Assembly (NCBI GenBank): GCA_964636425.1
Contig: CAZWRU010000005.1
Span: forward strand, 4,982-68,981
Source of the DNA: an uncultured Candidatus Bathyarchaeia archaeon
Lineage (GTDB): Archaea; Thermoproteota; Bathyarchaeia; Bathyarchaeales; Bathycorpusculaceae
Direction of reading: 5' to 3'
Length of the DNA stretch: 64,000 bases
Below the pieces are notes generated by a model that was not told the DNA's origin, did no database searches, and saw only the letters and a program-made list of their open reading frames with translations. The translations under genes and the position numbers were made by a program. Positions 20,651-30,528 of the stretch are shown here, piece after piece (position 1 is the stretch's first letter; each line of letters opens with the position of its first letter).

Positions 20651-21277
20651 ATGCGTATAATTCTTCTTTCTTGGGAATATCCCCCCAGAATAATTGGGCG
20701 TCTTGCAGAATACGTTAATGCCCTAGCTATTCAGCTTGTAAAAAATAAGATTGAAACTTATGTTGTCACTTATCATGATTCTATGACTGGTACAAGCCAA
20801 GACTCTGATGGTGTAATTACTGTTAGAGTTTCAAATCCGGTTTGTACTCACATAGGCGTCTTGACTTGGGATTTAACATTAAACCAAGAAATCGAGCGTG
20901 CCGTAGCAACTATCTATTATCAGAAATCAAAACATATTGATCTGATAGATGTAAACGATTGGCATTTCTTACCTGCCGCAGTCACGTTAAAGAATGCCTT
21001 AGGTATACCTTTTGTATTTTCAGTTGAAAGCTTAGAAGATCACCGCTCCCCTGGAACAAATTCCGCGTTTAATATGGCTATACGGGGAATCGAATGGTTA
21101 GGCTTTTATGAAGCTGCACAGGTAACTGCGAAATCAGATTGGATGAAAAACGAGATTAATCGAATATATCAAGTTCCAAAAGAAAAAATAATTGTATATT
21201 CTCCAACTTCAAGCTCCTGGGTAGATACTACACTTGATGTTTATAAGACGGTTTTAGGGGGAGCAAAATCCCAATGA
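20651..21277 (+). CDS. glycosyltransferase N-terminal-domain-only paralogue
   Basis: 208-aa ORF. It aligns by eye along its whole length to the first ~200 aa of the next gene (MRIILLSWEYPPRIIGRLAEYV vs VMMLSWEYPPRVIGGISPHI; DVNDWH vs HAHDW). It lacks the EX7E nucleotide-sugar domain. 4-nt ATGA overlap with the next gene. Confidence 0.6.
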   Translation: MRIILLSWEYPPRIIGRLAEYVNALAIQLVKNKIETYVVTYHDSMTGTSQDSDGVITVRVSNPVCTHIGVLTWDLTLNQEIERAVATIYYQKSKHIDLIDVNDWHFLPAAVTLKNALGIPFVFSVESLEDHRSPGTNSAFNMAIRGIEWLGFYEAAQVTAKSDWMKNEINRIYQVPKEKIIVYSPTSSSWVDTTLDVYKTVLGGAKSQ

Positions 21278-22482
21278 AGCATCCTTTAACTGTAATGATG
21301 TTAAGTTGGGAATACCCTCCAAGAGTAATAGGAGGAATATCTCCCCATATCAATTTTCTATCCAAAAGCCTAGCTAAAAATAATGTTAAGGTGCATGTTG
21401 TTACATGTGACTTCCCTGGTGCTCCCTTGCACGAAGTCATAGATGGAGTAGAGGTTCATAGAATTGACTCTTACAAGAATCCTTCTCCTGACTTTGCCAC
21501 TTGGGTTTATCTTATGAACCTTAACATGCAAAAAGAAGCCGCTGCTATAGCCGCCAAATTATCTGGTCCAATTGATGTTTTTCATGCACATGACTGGCTA
21601 GTAGCAAATGCGGGAATAGGCCTAAAACATATTTTCCGCAAGCCCCTTATTGTAACAATGCATTCTACAGAGATCGGACGCCGAGAAGGCCTCCACACAG
21701 ATACCGAAAAAATGATTCACGAAACAGAAGCGTGGCTTACCTATGAAGCATGGAAAGTCATATGCTGTAGCGACTATATGGTCCAACATGTAAAATGGGC
21801 TTTTGGTCTTCCGAACGATAAACTTGTTATGGTCCCTAATGGTGTGAACCACAGCATTTACGATGGTCTAGAAAAACAACACCTCACAGAATTTAGAAGA
21901 AAATTTGCGCTTCCTGAAGAAAAGCTGGTTCTTTTTGTAGGTCGATTAGTATACGAAAAGGGTATACATATCCTCATAAACGCTGTTCCACGCGTACTAT
22001 CCAAAGTCAACGCCAAATTCGTTATAGTCGGCAGTGGTTATATGAAAGATCAACTCTTGACTATCGTCCGAAGCATGGGGTTAGAGCACAAAGTCCTATT
22101 TCAAGGCTTCATGGATGAGGAAAACCTTCTAAAACTCCAAAAAATTGCAGACGTATGCGTTGTACCCTCCATGTTTGAACCCTTCGGAATTGTTGCACTA
22201 GAAGCTATGGCTGCAAAAAGTCCGGTAGTGGCTTCTGATACAGGGGGACTATCGGAAATAATAAACCACGAGGTAACAGGAATTAAAGTTTACCCCAACA
22301 ATGCTGACTCTTTGGCATGGGGCATAACTAAAGTCTTACTCGATGCAGGTTTCAGTACTTATCTTAGCGAAAACGCTTACAATACCATACTGGAAAAATA
22401 CGATTGGAATAAAATAGCAAAACAAACCAAAAACATCTACGAATCTGTCTTGGGTGAATACTCAAAAAGCTTCTGGGCGTAA
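21274..22482 (+). CDS. GT-B glycosyltransferase (GT4/GT5-like; candidate glycogen/alpha-glucan synthase)
   Basis: 402-aa ORF. EX7E region VPSMFEPFGIVALEAMA. Sits next to a GH57 gene. Confidence 0.8.
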   Translation: MKHPLTVMMLSWEYPPRVIGGISPHINFLSKSLAKNNVKVHVVTCDFPGAPLHEVIDGVEVHRIDSYKNPSPDFATWVYLMNLNMQKEAAAIAAKLSGPIDVFHAHDWLVANAGIGLKHIFRKPLIVTMHSTEIGRREGLHTDTEKMIHETEAWLTYEAWKVICCSDYMVQHVKWAFGLPNDKLVMVPNGVNHSIYDGLEKQHLTEFRRKFALPEEKLVLFVGRLVYEKGIHILINAVPRVLSKVNAKFVIVGSGYMKDQLLTIVRSMGLEHKVLFQGFMDEENLLKLQKIADVCVVPSMFEPFGIVALEAMAAKSPVVASDTGGLSEIINHEVTGIKVYPNNADSLAWGITKVLLDAGFSTYLSENAYNTILEKYDWNKIAKQTKNIYESVLGEYSKSFWA

Positions 22483-22559
22483 AACCAACTCCTAATTTTA
22501 TAACTTATTTGAGTAATCTAACGAACTAAAAATAGACTTTAATAAAAAGTTAAGAAATG

Positions 22560-23720
22560 TTAGCTTTGATAGAATTTTTCTTTAGGTATTAGACCTCTTT
22601 TATTTATCCAAAACCATATCAGAACACAACCCGATAAAGTGGCGCCAATCATTAAACTAACATACCACCACAAGTCTTCTGGTCCGTAGAGCCAAACATT
22701 ATTGCCTAAAATTGTGGCTATGGTATTAGGAATCAAAACCGCTGTACCTATTATGGCTAGATAGGCTGCTAGTTGGGAAAAGCGATTATTCAGTATAGTC
22801 AATTGGTTATTTGCTATTGTTAATTGATTATTGTAAATGGTTTGGGTGGCTTCTATTCCTGATGCTAACACCTCGGACATATGTTCAGATAAACCAAGTT
22901 GACTCTTAACCTGATCAATCATGATGCTAACCGCGTTTAACAATCTTTCATCGTCCGTTAATAATTCTGCGTCGCCATATCGCATTGCATGAAGTACATC
23001 TACGCTTTCCCATAACCCATCCATATAGATGATTAATGCGTGTTTCATTTCGTATATTTTAGGTCCCAATTGGACTTTATCGGTTTTAGGATCCATAAGG
23101 TCTCTGTTGAGTTCATCTCCAAATTCTTCTATCACTCTTAGATGCCTAAAGTTACTGTCGTTATTAGCATCGATAATTCGAGATAGAAGCATGGTAAGTT
23201 TATCTCGTGGTATAGCCTCTAAAGGTATTTTTCGTAATATGGCCTCGGAATAGCGTCTTAGTCTGATAAAGCGTTTGTCCACATTTCGCATATGTACCGT
23301 AAAAACAGTATTTTTGTTTATTAAAATCATTAACGAATGAGCTCTGACCTCGGTTCCGCGGATTTGTATAGACGGAAACTTCATCAGCATCTCATTATCA
23401 AAATCTTCGTAATTAAGCTGAGCGCCGCCACTCAAATATTGAACAAACGGTTCAGTAAAACCCATCTTGGCGGCTACTACAGGTAATTCTTGCTCTAAAT
23501 CATCACTGATATAATCTACCCAAGACACAACCGAATTGTTAATCAGTTTTATTAACGGCTCTGCGGTTTCAGCTTCCTGCTTTGAGGTTTTCCCTGAAGA
23601 ATCCAAACTGGCGACGAACCAACGTTTTTGCGTAAGTTCCAGGACGCAACTATTAGTTGCTTTTGAAACCTGAAAAGATGTCTGCTCCGATGATATTTTT
23701 GTCTGTTCTGACTCTTCCAT
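22560..23720 (-). CDS. CorA-like 2-TM-GxN family divalent cation transporter
   Basis: 386-aa ORF. Large soluble N-domain and two C-terminal TM helices bracketing ILGNNVW (GNN where CorA has GMN). Confidence 0.6.
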   Translation of the reverse strand: MEESEQTKISSEQTSFQVSKATNSCVLELTQKRWFVASLDSSGKTSKQEAETAEPLIKLINNSVVSWVDYISDDLEQELPVVAAKMGFTEPFVQYLSGGAQLNYEDFDNEMLMKFPSIQIRGTEVRAHSLMILINKNTVFTVHMRNVDKRFIRLRRYSEAILRKIPLEAIPRDKLTMLLSRIIDANNDSNFRHLRVIEEFGDELNRDLMDPKTDKVQLGPKIYEMKHALIIYMDGLWESVDVLHAMRYGDAELLTDDERLLNAVSIMIDQVKSQLGLSEHMSEVLASGIEATQTIYNNQLTIANNQLTILNNRFSQLAAYLAIIGTAVLIPNTIATILGNNVWLYGPEDLWWYVSLMIGATLSGCVLIWFWINKRGLIPKEKFYQS

Positions 23721-23883
23721 TTCTAAACCCCCACTCGGATACGCTTTTTAAGTATCAGCAATAGTCCTAATGACTGCCTAACGGTAAATACTTTTTGTGA
23801 TACCTCTTCAGTCTTAAGCTAAAGACAATCTCGATTACAACTTCTACTCCTTTACTTTCGTCTACCCATTATTCGCGTCAAAT

Positions 23884-25248
23884 CTATTTTCCGATGACTT
23901 TAACGTTTTCAACTAGAATCCACGGTGTGACCAGTTGACCCATTTTGCGCTCATTATTTGCAACGGCACTTACATTTTTAAGTAGTTCAAATATATTGCC
24001 TGCCAGCATCACTCCGCGACTGGCATGATCTATTTTTCCCTTCTTTAATTTCCATGCTGGAGTTGCAACTACTGAAAATTCCCCGCTAACCGGATTACTA
24101 CTATGTGCACCTTGCAAATAGTATATTAACAAACCATCTTTAACTTCTTGCATTAAGTCTTCAGGCGTTTGAGTTCCTGGTATTATATGGAAGTTGGTCG
24201 TTTCTATACTTGGCGTAGATAAGTATCCTGCTCTTGAGGCATTTCCAGTACTTTCTTTGCCCTGTTTCTTGGCGGTGTAGTTATCATAAATAAAGTTTCT
24301 TAAAATACCTTTTTCCATAAGGAGCGTTTTTTGGTGAGGTACTCCTTCGGCATCGAACATCCCAGTATGCAATCCTCCCGCGAGTAAACCGTCATCGTAT
24401 ATATTTAATGCCTCTGAGCCAACTTTCTTTCCAATTTTATCTTTGAATATTGATTGGTCTCTTTCTACATTATCCGCTTTAATAGCATTAATGAGCGTGT
24501 AATAGAGCAAGTCTTGAAGAGCAAAGGGTGTTAGTATGAGATTGTAGTTTTTAGTCTCGATTCGTTTAGTCTTTAAAGCTGCCATCGCCAATTTAGCTGC
24601 TTCTTTACCTACCCACTCAGGATTAATGTCATATTTTCTTTCTGAGTTAAATTCAAAGCAGACAGGGGTTACTGTGTTTCCTTCATTAGCTATAGTCGCC
24701 AAACTGCAGTCGATTAACGTGCCTTCATCAAAACCTACTATCCCGTTCGAGTTCGCTATTGCATTTGCAACATAACCTGCCCCAACACCTCCTTCAACTG
24801 GAAAAACTCTTTTATCTACTGAGGTTGCAGCATCTAACATGCGGGAGGCTATAGCAACCAAATCCTCTGCATGCAAATCTAATATTTTATTATCAACGCC
24901 TTTTTCCACTTTAGCAAAAGATTTCTTCTCAGGCAGTCCATTCCAAGTGTCATCTGCCTTACTAGCTAAAGCGGCGCCTAAAGCTTTTTGAATTGTAGCT
25001 TCTAATGCTTCTGGCTTTTCCGTTAGATTTGTGTAAGCGAATCCTATGGCTTTCTTTACTTGAACTCTAATGCCTATGCCTTTGTCTAATATGCGGTTGG
25101 TTTTAGTGATTTGTCCGCGTTCAATTCCTACGTTTGTGGCGTTTCCTCCGTAAACAAAAGCTTCGGCTTCTGCAGCTCCATTATTTAGGGCTACCCTAAC
25201 GGTTTTTTCAGCTAAACTTATCATGTCTTCTTTTTTAGGCACTGCCAC
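23884..25248 (-). CDS. pmbA: TldD/PmbA family protein (PmbA-like, no HExxxH)
   Basis: 454-aa ORF. Family-typical C-terminal GEFS and LVENVKVIG-like regions. 14-nt overlap with the tldD-like gene upstream. Confidence 0.85.
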   Translation of the reverse strand: MAVPKKEDMISLAEKTVRVALNNGAAEAEAFVYGGNATNVGIERGQITKTNRILDKGIGIRVQVKKAIGFAYTNLTEKPEALEATIQKALGAALASKADDTWNGLPEKKSFAKVEKGVDNKILDLHAEDLVAIASRMLDAATSVDKRVFPVEGGVGAGYVANAIANSNGIVGFDEGTLIDCSLATIANEGNTVTPVCFEFNSERKYDINPEWVGKEAAKLAMAALKTKRIETKNYNLILTPFALQDLLYYTLINAIKADNVERDQSIFKDKIGKKVGSEALNIYDDGLLAGGLHTGMFDAEGVPHQKTLLMEKGILRNFIYDNYTAKKQGKESTGNASRAGYLSTPSIETTNFHIIPGTQTPEDLMQEVKDGLLIYYLQGAHSSNPVSGEFSVVATPAWKLKKGKIDHASRGVMLAGNIFELLKNVSAVANNERKMGQLVTPWILVENVKVIGK

Positions 25249-26638
25249 CGACTGTCACCTCACTAACTCTAATGTGTGGACCGCCATCTCCTATAAAGGC
25301 GATTTGACCCTTCCCACATCTTCCTGCGCTCAACTCAAAATCCTTGCCTACGGCATCAACCTTAAGTAGAGTCTCAAGGGTATTACCGCTGATTGAAGCA
25401 TCCCGAACCATCTCTCCTAATTGTCCATTCACTATCTCATATGCTTCTTGAATACCCACCTGGAAAGCACCATCAAGATTAGCCTGACCACCTCTAAAAC
25501 TCTTGAAAAAGTAGCCAAATTTTATCCCCTCGATAAGTTCCTCTACTGTATGATCTCTAGGGGCCATGTAGGTATTACGCATTCGAATAATTGGTTCTAC
25601 TCGATAATCTTCGGCGCGTGCGTTGCCAGTGGGAGTGGTGTTGCATTTTTGTGCTGTCTCACGGTTATGCAATAGACCCTCTACAACGCCATCTTTTATT
25701 AGCAGAGTCTTTTGAGCTGGTATGCCCTCATCATCATACTTAAACGAGCCAAATGCACCCTCTATTGTGCCATCATCATAGAAAGTAACTAGATCCGACC
25801 CAATTTTGCGTCCCATGTTATTGAAAAGTACACCACCTGCCAATGCTAAGTCCGCCTCTGATAAGTGACCAAATGCCTCATGAACAAAAACACCTACCAC
25901 ATTAGGTCCAAGGACTATTGGAAAATTACCTCCTTTTGGAGGTTTAGCGACAAGTTGACTAATTGAGCGCTTAACTAATTTATCACCAATCACCTCGGGA
26001 GTTTCAATATCAAAGATTTCATATCCTGCTGTGGATCCAATTTCTTCTCGACTAAACGTAAAAACCCCATTTTGTAATGCTGAAGCTGCTATTCTTGACC
26101 AGACATAGACTTTTTCCTGTTCTATGTATGTGCCTTCGCTATTGGCAAAATAGTTTGTACCAGTTGAATCCAAATAATCTATTGTACAGCTTCTCACTCG
26201 CTTATCTGTCTTAAGCGTCACTCTGTTCATTTCAGAAGCCATTTTGATTTTTGTTTCAATGCTGACCTCTGAAGGAGGATTTTTAGATTTATTCACAACT
26301 TTATCTTCTATCGGTTTGGAGGGCGCAAGTTTGATTGGATTTTTTAATCTAGTACTTGCTGCTCTCGCCATAGAACAGGCGTCTGAAGCGGCCTCAATCA
26401 AAGTGCTTATTTCTAAAGAACCAATCGAAGCAAAACCCCATGCGCCATTAACAAGGACTCGAAGTGCAACACCATTCTCAATGCCTTGCTTTGCTGCTTC
26501 AACGCGTCCTTCCTTCATTGTAAAGCTGGTTTTAAAGCGATTTTGCGCTCGTACTTCTGCGTATGTTGCGCTACATTTTTGGATTGCTGTTTCTATTATT
26601 TTCGACAGAAAATCTTTCAAAGAACTTCTTTCCTCCAA
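25235..26638 (-). CDS. tldD: TldD family metalloprotease
   Basis: 467-aa ORF. HEAFGH metal-binding motif ([14 protein letters not shown]) and a GxC...GDGGP C-terminal region. Confidence 0.9.
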   Translation of the reverse strand: MEERSSLKDFLSKIIETAIQKCSATYAEVRAQNRFKTSFTMKEGRVEAAKQGIENGVALRVLVNGAWGFASIGSLEISTLIEAASDACSMARAASTRLKNPIKLAPSKPIEDKVVNKSKNPPSEVSIETKIKMASEMNRVTLKTDKRVRSCTIDYLDSTGTNYFANSEGTYIEQEKVYVWSRIAASALQNGVFTFSREEIGSTAGYEIFDIETPEVIGDKLVKRSISQLVAKPPKGGNFPIVLGPNVVGVFVHEAFGHLSEADLALAGGVLFNNMGRKIGSDLVTFYDDGTIEGAFGSFKYDDEGIPAQKTLLIKDGVVEGLLHNRETAQKCNTTPTGNARAEDYRVEPIIRMRNTYMAPRDHTVEELIEGIKFGYFFKSFRGGQANLDGAFQVGIQEAYEIVNGQLGEMVRDASISGNTLETLLKVDAVGKDFELSAGRCGKGQIAFIGDGGPHIRVSEVTVGGSA

Positions 26639-26711
26639 ACTGATTCAGTACAACGTCTTTTTTTAATTACTTTTCCTACTCTATCACAAATCTTCAAGCT
26701 GCCTCATTTTC

Positions 26712-26948
26712 TTAACCTTGGGTTGAGCGGGGAGCAAACTTGGATAATATATTTTCAAGTCCTTTTGCAAATAGGTCAATATTATTCGCGAATTCTGATC
26801 TCGGCAAACCATATTGTTCTTCTAAATATTTGTATATCAAAAGCATATCTCTTTCACCATACGTCTGCCGCAGAATATCCTCTAGGATTTTGAAAACTTC
26901 CTCTGGGTTCTTAACAGCTGACGATTCCATATCTAGCTCAATGTACAT
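26712..26948 (-). CDS. small hypothetical protein
   Basis: 78-aa acidic helical ORF. No motif recognised. Confidence 0.35.
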   Translation of the reverse strand: MYIELDMESSAVKNPEEVFKILEDILRQTYGERDMLLIYKYLEEQYGLPRSEFANNIDLFAKGLENILSKFAPRSTQG

Positions 26949-27027
26949 ATCGTGTATCTTAAAACTTTATAAGATTTTATCTGTCTTACTTGAATACACC
27001 CAAAATTTACCCAATACACGACCTATT

Positions 27028-28317
27028 TTATTGCCAGAAGTCACCCAAATTTGACTGTTTTACCCTCGAACGCGTAGGCTTATGGATGGCATTATTTGTT
27101 TCTTTGTTGAGCCTTATTTTTCCATATACACCATCATATCCTGGGGTCACTTCGACTTTGCCCTCTCTGACATTTATGATGGCATCTGCTAGTTTAGAAT
27201 TAACTGTAGCGCAAAGTTCATCTTTACTTGAATCTAATAACACTGCATACTCGTTACCAAATCTCTCAATTAAGGTATTATATTCATTCCAAACTACCTG
27301 AGACGAAGGTGAATCAACATTTAACACCGCTGAAATTAATTCTGATAGCGGTAATAATCGGATAAATCGCGGTGACCCTTCTTTTTGAAATTCTATAGGT
27401 CTATCGGCTAATTCTTCAATTCTTTGCTCGACTCCCTTAGTAAGTTTTCTACGACAAACGGGGCAAATACTCCCAAATTTTCGCGCCTCCTGTGCAGAAA
27501 GAGAAACGTTACAATTACGATGGCCAGTCCAATGGTATTTGCCATATGCGGGATCAGTTTCGATTGTGAATTTAAAATGCTTGGTGTCTTTAGTACAGAT
27601 GGCTTCCTTAATTCCTCTATAGGTAGGCTGCTCGAATTCGAAGACGTTCGCTTCTCTGCCTATACGCCAAGGCCAAAAACTATGACTATCACTATTCGAA
27701 AGCAAAGTAAATCTGTCAAGCTTACTTAGGCGCCAGTTCATAGGCGGATCGCTACTAAGACCAGTTTCTAAGGCATGAATATGTTTGATAGTGTCTTGAT
27801 AACAGTCTTCGATGCTATCAAAGCCACTGAACGCTCCGAAAACGCTAAACCAAGGTGTCCAAACGTGAGCAGGGAAAATTATATTTTCGTTTGAAACCTG
27901 CATAACTTCCTCGGTGAGTTGAGGAGCAGTCATATTTAGAATAGGTCTGCCATCTGAGCTAAGGCTCCCATATTTAATCAGTTTATCATTAATCTGTGCC
28001 GCATGTTCCAGTGTCGGTGTTAGAATAACGTGATGGATTTTTTTTGTATCATTTTTGTATTCAAATATTGTGCAGACTTCAGTTGTCAACATAAAACGGA
28101 CTTGAGATTCCGGGGTGCTTTTTAATTTAAAGAGCTCTGTGTCCGCTTCGGGGATTAAATTTTCTTGAATTTCTTTGAACCATTGAGGATGAGTAAAATC
28201 GCCTGTGCCCACAAGTTGTAACCCCTTAATTTTTGAGAAGCGTGCAACTTCTTTAATGCTCATTTGTTGACTTGTGGCTCGGCTATAACGACTATGAATA
28301 TGTAAGTCAGCGATAAT
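27028..28317 (-). CDS. endoQ: endonuclease Q-like PHP-domain nuclease (N-terminus extended beyond the ORF-track start)
   Basis: The track ORF is 27028-28263. The frame stays open upstream and encodes ...KIRIIADLHIHSRYSRATSQQ-M..., the PHP metal-binding motif. Also LSNSDSHS, GKYHWTGHRNC and the zinc finger CPVCRRKLTKGV. There is no ATG/GTG/TTG in that frame upstream of 28263 (see findings). The 5' end is given at an ATT codon. Confidence 0.8.
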   Translation of the reverse strand: MIADLHIHSRYSRATSQQMSIKEVARFSKIKGLQLVGTGDFTHPQWFKEIQENLIPEADTELFKLKSTPESQVRFMLTTEVCTIFEYKNDTKKIHHVILTPTLEHAAQINDKLIKYGSLSSDGRPILNMTAPQLTEEVMQVSNENIIFPAHVWTPWFSVFGAFSGFDSIEDCYQDTIKHIHALETGLSSDPPMNWRLSKLDRFTLLSNSDSHSFWPWRIGREANVFEFEQPTYRGIKEAICTKDTKHFKFTIETDPAYGKYHWTGHRNCNVSLSAQEARKFGSICPVCRRKLTKGVEQRIEELADRPIEFQKEGSPRFIRLLPLSELISAVLNVDSPSSQVVWNEYNTLIERFGNEYAVLLDSSKDELCATVNSKLADAIINVREGKVEVTPGYDGVYGKIRLNKETNNAIHKPTRSRVKQSNLGDFWQ

Positions 28318-28400
28318 GCGGATTTTTGTACATCTCCGTAAACAGGTTAAGTCTTCTCTTAGAGTTAGTATAGTTTGCTTTAGCTTAACTTAAAAACATA

Positions 28401-29315
28401 TCACGTTTCAGTTTTCGGAGTGAAGATATATTTGGTTTCTATTATGGTTCCGTTTTGCCAAGTGCCTTGCCAATTTACGTTGATCTTTTCTGAAGTTATC
28501 TGAGAGGTAGGTGAAATGTAACTTACGCTAATAGTATATGTCGGGTTAGGATAAATGGGATATTGCATTGTAACATTCCATCCCTGACTAATGTACTTGT
28601 ATGTTTCTGTTCCTACAATCATTCCTTGGGCGATTCTTCCTCCCGTCCACATCAAGTTCAGCATATAAGGAGCTGTTTCAACATGAATTGTTTTAATATA
28701 ATTCATAACCGCTTCGCGAGTTCGTTCTTGAGTGGAAAACTCTCTCATATCCCTGAGCGTATAGTTTGTTTCTTTCAAAGTTCGGTTTTCGCAGGTTCCC
28801 TCCCAAGCGATCAAAATATCGGTGGCAGAATAGTTAGCTGTGATTAAGTATGTTGGGTCCAAAACTGCTGGATACTGAATTGTAATTGTCCAGTTCAAAC
28901 TATTGTAGGTGTATTTTTCTGCGTCTACTATACCTTCAGGGGTAGCTCTTCCCCCTTTCCAAGATAAATTTGTCATAAATTCCGCAGTTTTACTATGATA
29001 AGTTTTTATGTAATCTATTGCGGCATCGCGTATCTGCTCTGGAGTTAAGGATACAGGTGGCGAGGATGGCGAGGGTGATTCTTCAACAGTAGAAGACGCC
29101 GTGGTTGTTGGATTTATTTCAGGGGTCTGAGATGTCTGTGGAGTGGCTGAAGGTAGATGAGTTGCGTTGGGGTCATTGACAATAAGAGACGTCCAACCTA
29201 CATAACTGATGACAATTCCCAGAATTATCACAACTACTGTTATTGTTAGTATGCGTCGCATTTTCCCACCTGTTTCTATTCGATACGCTGAATATCTATA
29301 TAGTGGCTTCTCCAA
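28401..29315 (-). CDS. membrane-anchored extracellular protein with two copies of an uncharacterised ~100-aa domain
   Basis: 304-aa ORF. N-terminal TM anchor, a Ser/Thr/Pro-rich linker, then two internal repeats (IRDAAIDYIKTYH...WKGGR...WTITIQYPAVLDPTY and TREAVMNYIKTIH...WTGGR...WNVTMQYPIYPNPTY). Confidence 0.6.
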   Translation of the reverse strand: MEKPLYRYSAYRIETGGKMRRILTITVVVIILGIVISYVGWTSLIVNDPNATHLPSATPQTSQTPEINPTTTASSTVEESPSPSSPPVSLTPEQIRDAAIDYIKTYHSKTAEFMTNLSWKGGRATPEGIVDAEKYTYNSLNWTITIQYPAVLDPTYLITANYSATDILIAWEGTCENRTLKETNYTLRDMREFSTQERTREAVMNYIKTIHVETAPYMLNLMWTGGRIAQGMIVGTETYKYISQGWNVTMQYPIYPNPTYTISVSYISPTSQITSEKINVNWQGTWQNGTIIETKYIFTPKTET

Positions 29316-29368
29316 ATTAAGCGAGCCTTTTACATAAAAAAGAGAATAATGTTAGTTTTAATAAAAAA

Positions 29369-29827
29369 TTATTGCGCTAACATATAGCTTATTTCTGTTA
29401 TTGTTCCGTCTGTAAAGGTGCCCGTCCAAGCAATGGCGTAGGGTATAGAGATTGTTCCAGAACTGGTAGGAATGTTGTAGTCTATGTTTATGTCATAAGT
29501 CGGGTTTGGTACTACAGGGTACTGAATGGTTACTTGCCAGCCGTCAGCCTTAAAGATGTATGTTTCTGAACCTAGTAAACCTGTTTCCTGTTTTCCGCCT
29601 GTCCAAGTTAGATCGTTTGTGAATTCTTTGGCTTCTGGATGGGTGTCTTTTATGTAAGCTATTGCTGCTTCACGTATATCTTCATAAAGCCGCAACTTAG
29701 GCATCGTTTGAGGCAAACCTTCCTCTTGTGATGCTTGTTGAGCGTTTACAAGTGCCCAACTAATCCCTCCGACAATAGCGAATATTGCTGCAAATACAAT
29801 TAGTGACTTGATTTTTTCATGCGCCAT
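29369..29827 (-). CDS. membrane-anchored extracellular protein with one copy of the same domain
   Basis: 152-aa ORF. Signal/anchor helix, then IREAAIAYIKDTH...WTGGK...WQVTIQYPVVPNPTY, paralogous to the two domains of the neighbouring gene. Confidence 0.6.
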   Translation of the reverse strand: MAHEKIKSLIVFAAIFAIVGGISWALVNAQQASQEEGLPQTMPKLRLYEDIREAAIAYIKDTHPEAKEFTNDLTWTGGKQETGLLGSETYIFKADGWQVTIQYPVVPNPTYDINIDYNIPTSSGTISIPYAIAWTGTFTDGTITEISYMLAQ

Positions 29828-29981
29828 CCTTCATTTCTCCGCTCTATTATTATGCAAAGCATCTTATAGCGCCATGCCTTAGAACAAAATGTGCTACTTT
29901 TTAGGACAGCTTGTTCTAACCTTTTTCATTGCCCCTCAACAAACAACTAATGTTTCTTAATTTGTAACCGAAGACTATGAG

Positions 29982-30467
29982 TTATTCACAGAATCTGCCA
30001 TCATCTTTAGTTGCAGGTAACTTCGCAATTTTTTTAGCGAGCCAACCTATTTTCTTTGTTTTTCTGTTATCAAACAGGGGAACATAAGGTTTTATGTCTA
30101 AAAGCGGAGTGTTATCTACTATATCTAACTCTTCAATATGCAAAATATTATTCTCGATTTTTCTTAAACACACAATAGATAGTCCAATAGGATTTGGTCT
30201 GCTTGGTGCACGTGTGGCAAATACCCCGTGGGGGCTTTGATCAAGAAATGGTACTACACTTAAAGAGTACCCTTTAACCAAATTCAGGTGATAAAGAAGG
30301 ATAATATGGGAAAAGCCCTCCAGCCCCGCTAACCCTTCTACATATTCAGAATTTAACTCGATGGTTCCTTTGACTCCTTTTGATACATTAGCCTGAATAG
30401 GCACGTTTTTAGGCTCCTTAAACGGCGAATGTATAGTCCCAATAGACTTGTAGGTTATATTACTCAT
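29982..30467 (-). CDS. trmO: tRNA (t6A37-N6)-methyltransferase TrmO / TsaA-like (UPF0066)
   Basis: 161-aa ORF. IGTIHSPF start, RPNPIGLS, and TPLLDIKPY. Confidence 0.8.
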   Translation of the reverse strand: MSNITYKSIGTIHSPFKEPKNVPIQANVSKGVKGTIELNSEYVEGLAGLEGFSHIILLYHLNLVKGYSLSVVPFLDQSPHGVFATRAPSRPNPIGLSIVCLRKIENNILHIEELDIVDNTPLLDIKPYVPLFDNRKTKKIGWLAKKIAKLPATKDDGRFCE

Positions 30468-30528
30468 ATAGCGGTCTCTCTACCTTATGTTTTAGTTTAT
30501 ACTCTTCCTTATTTTAAGTTGCAACATC

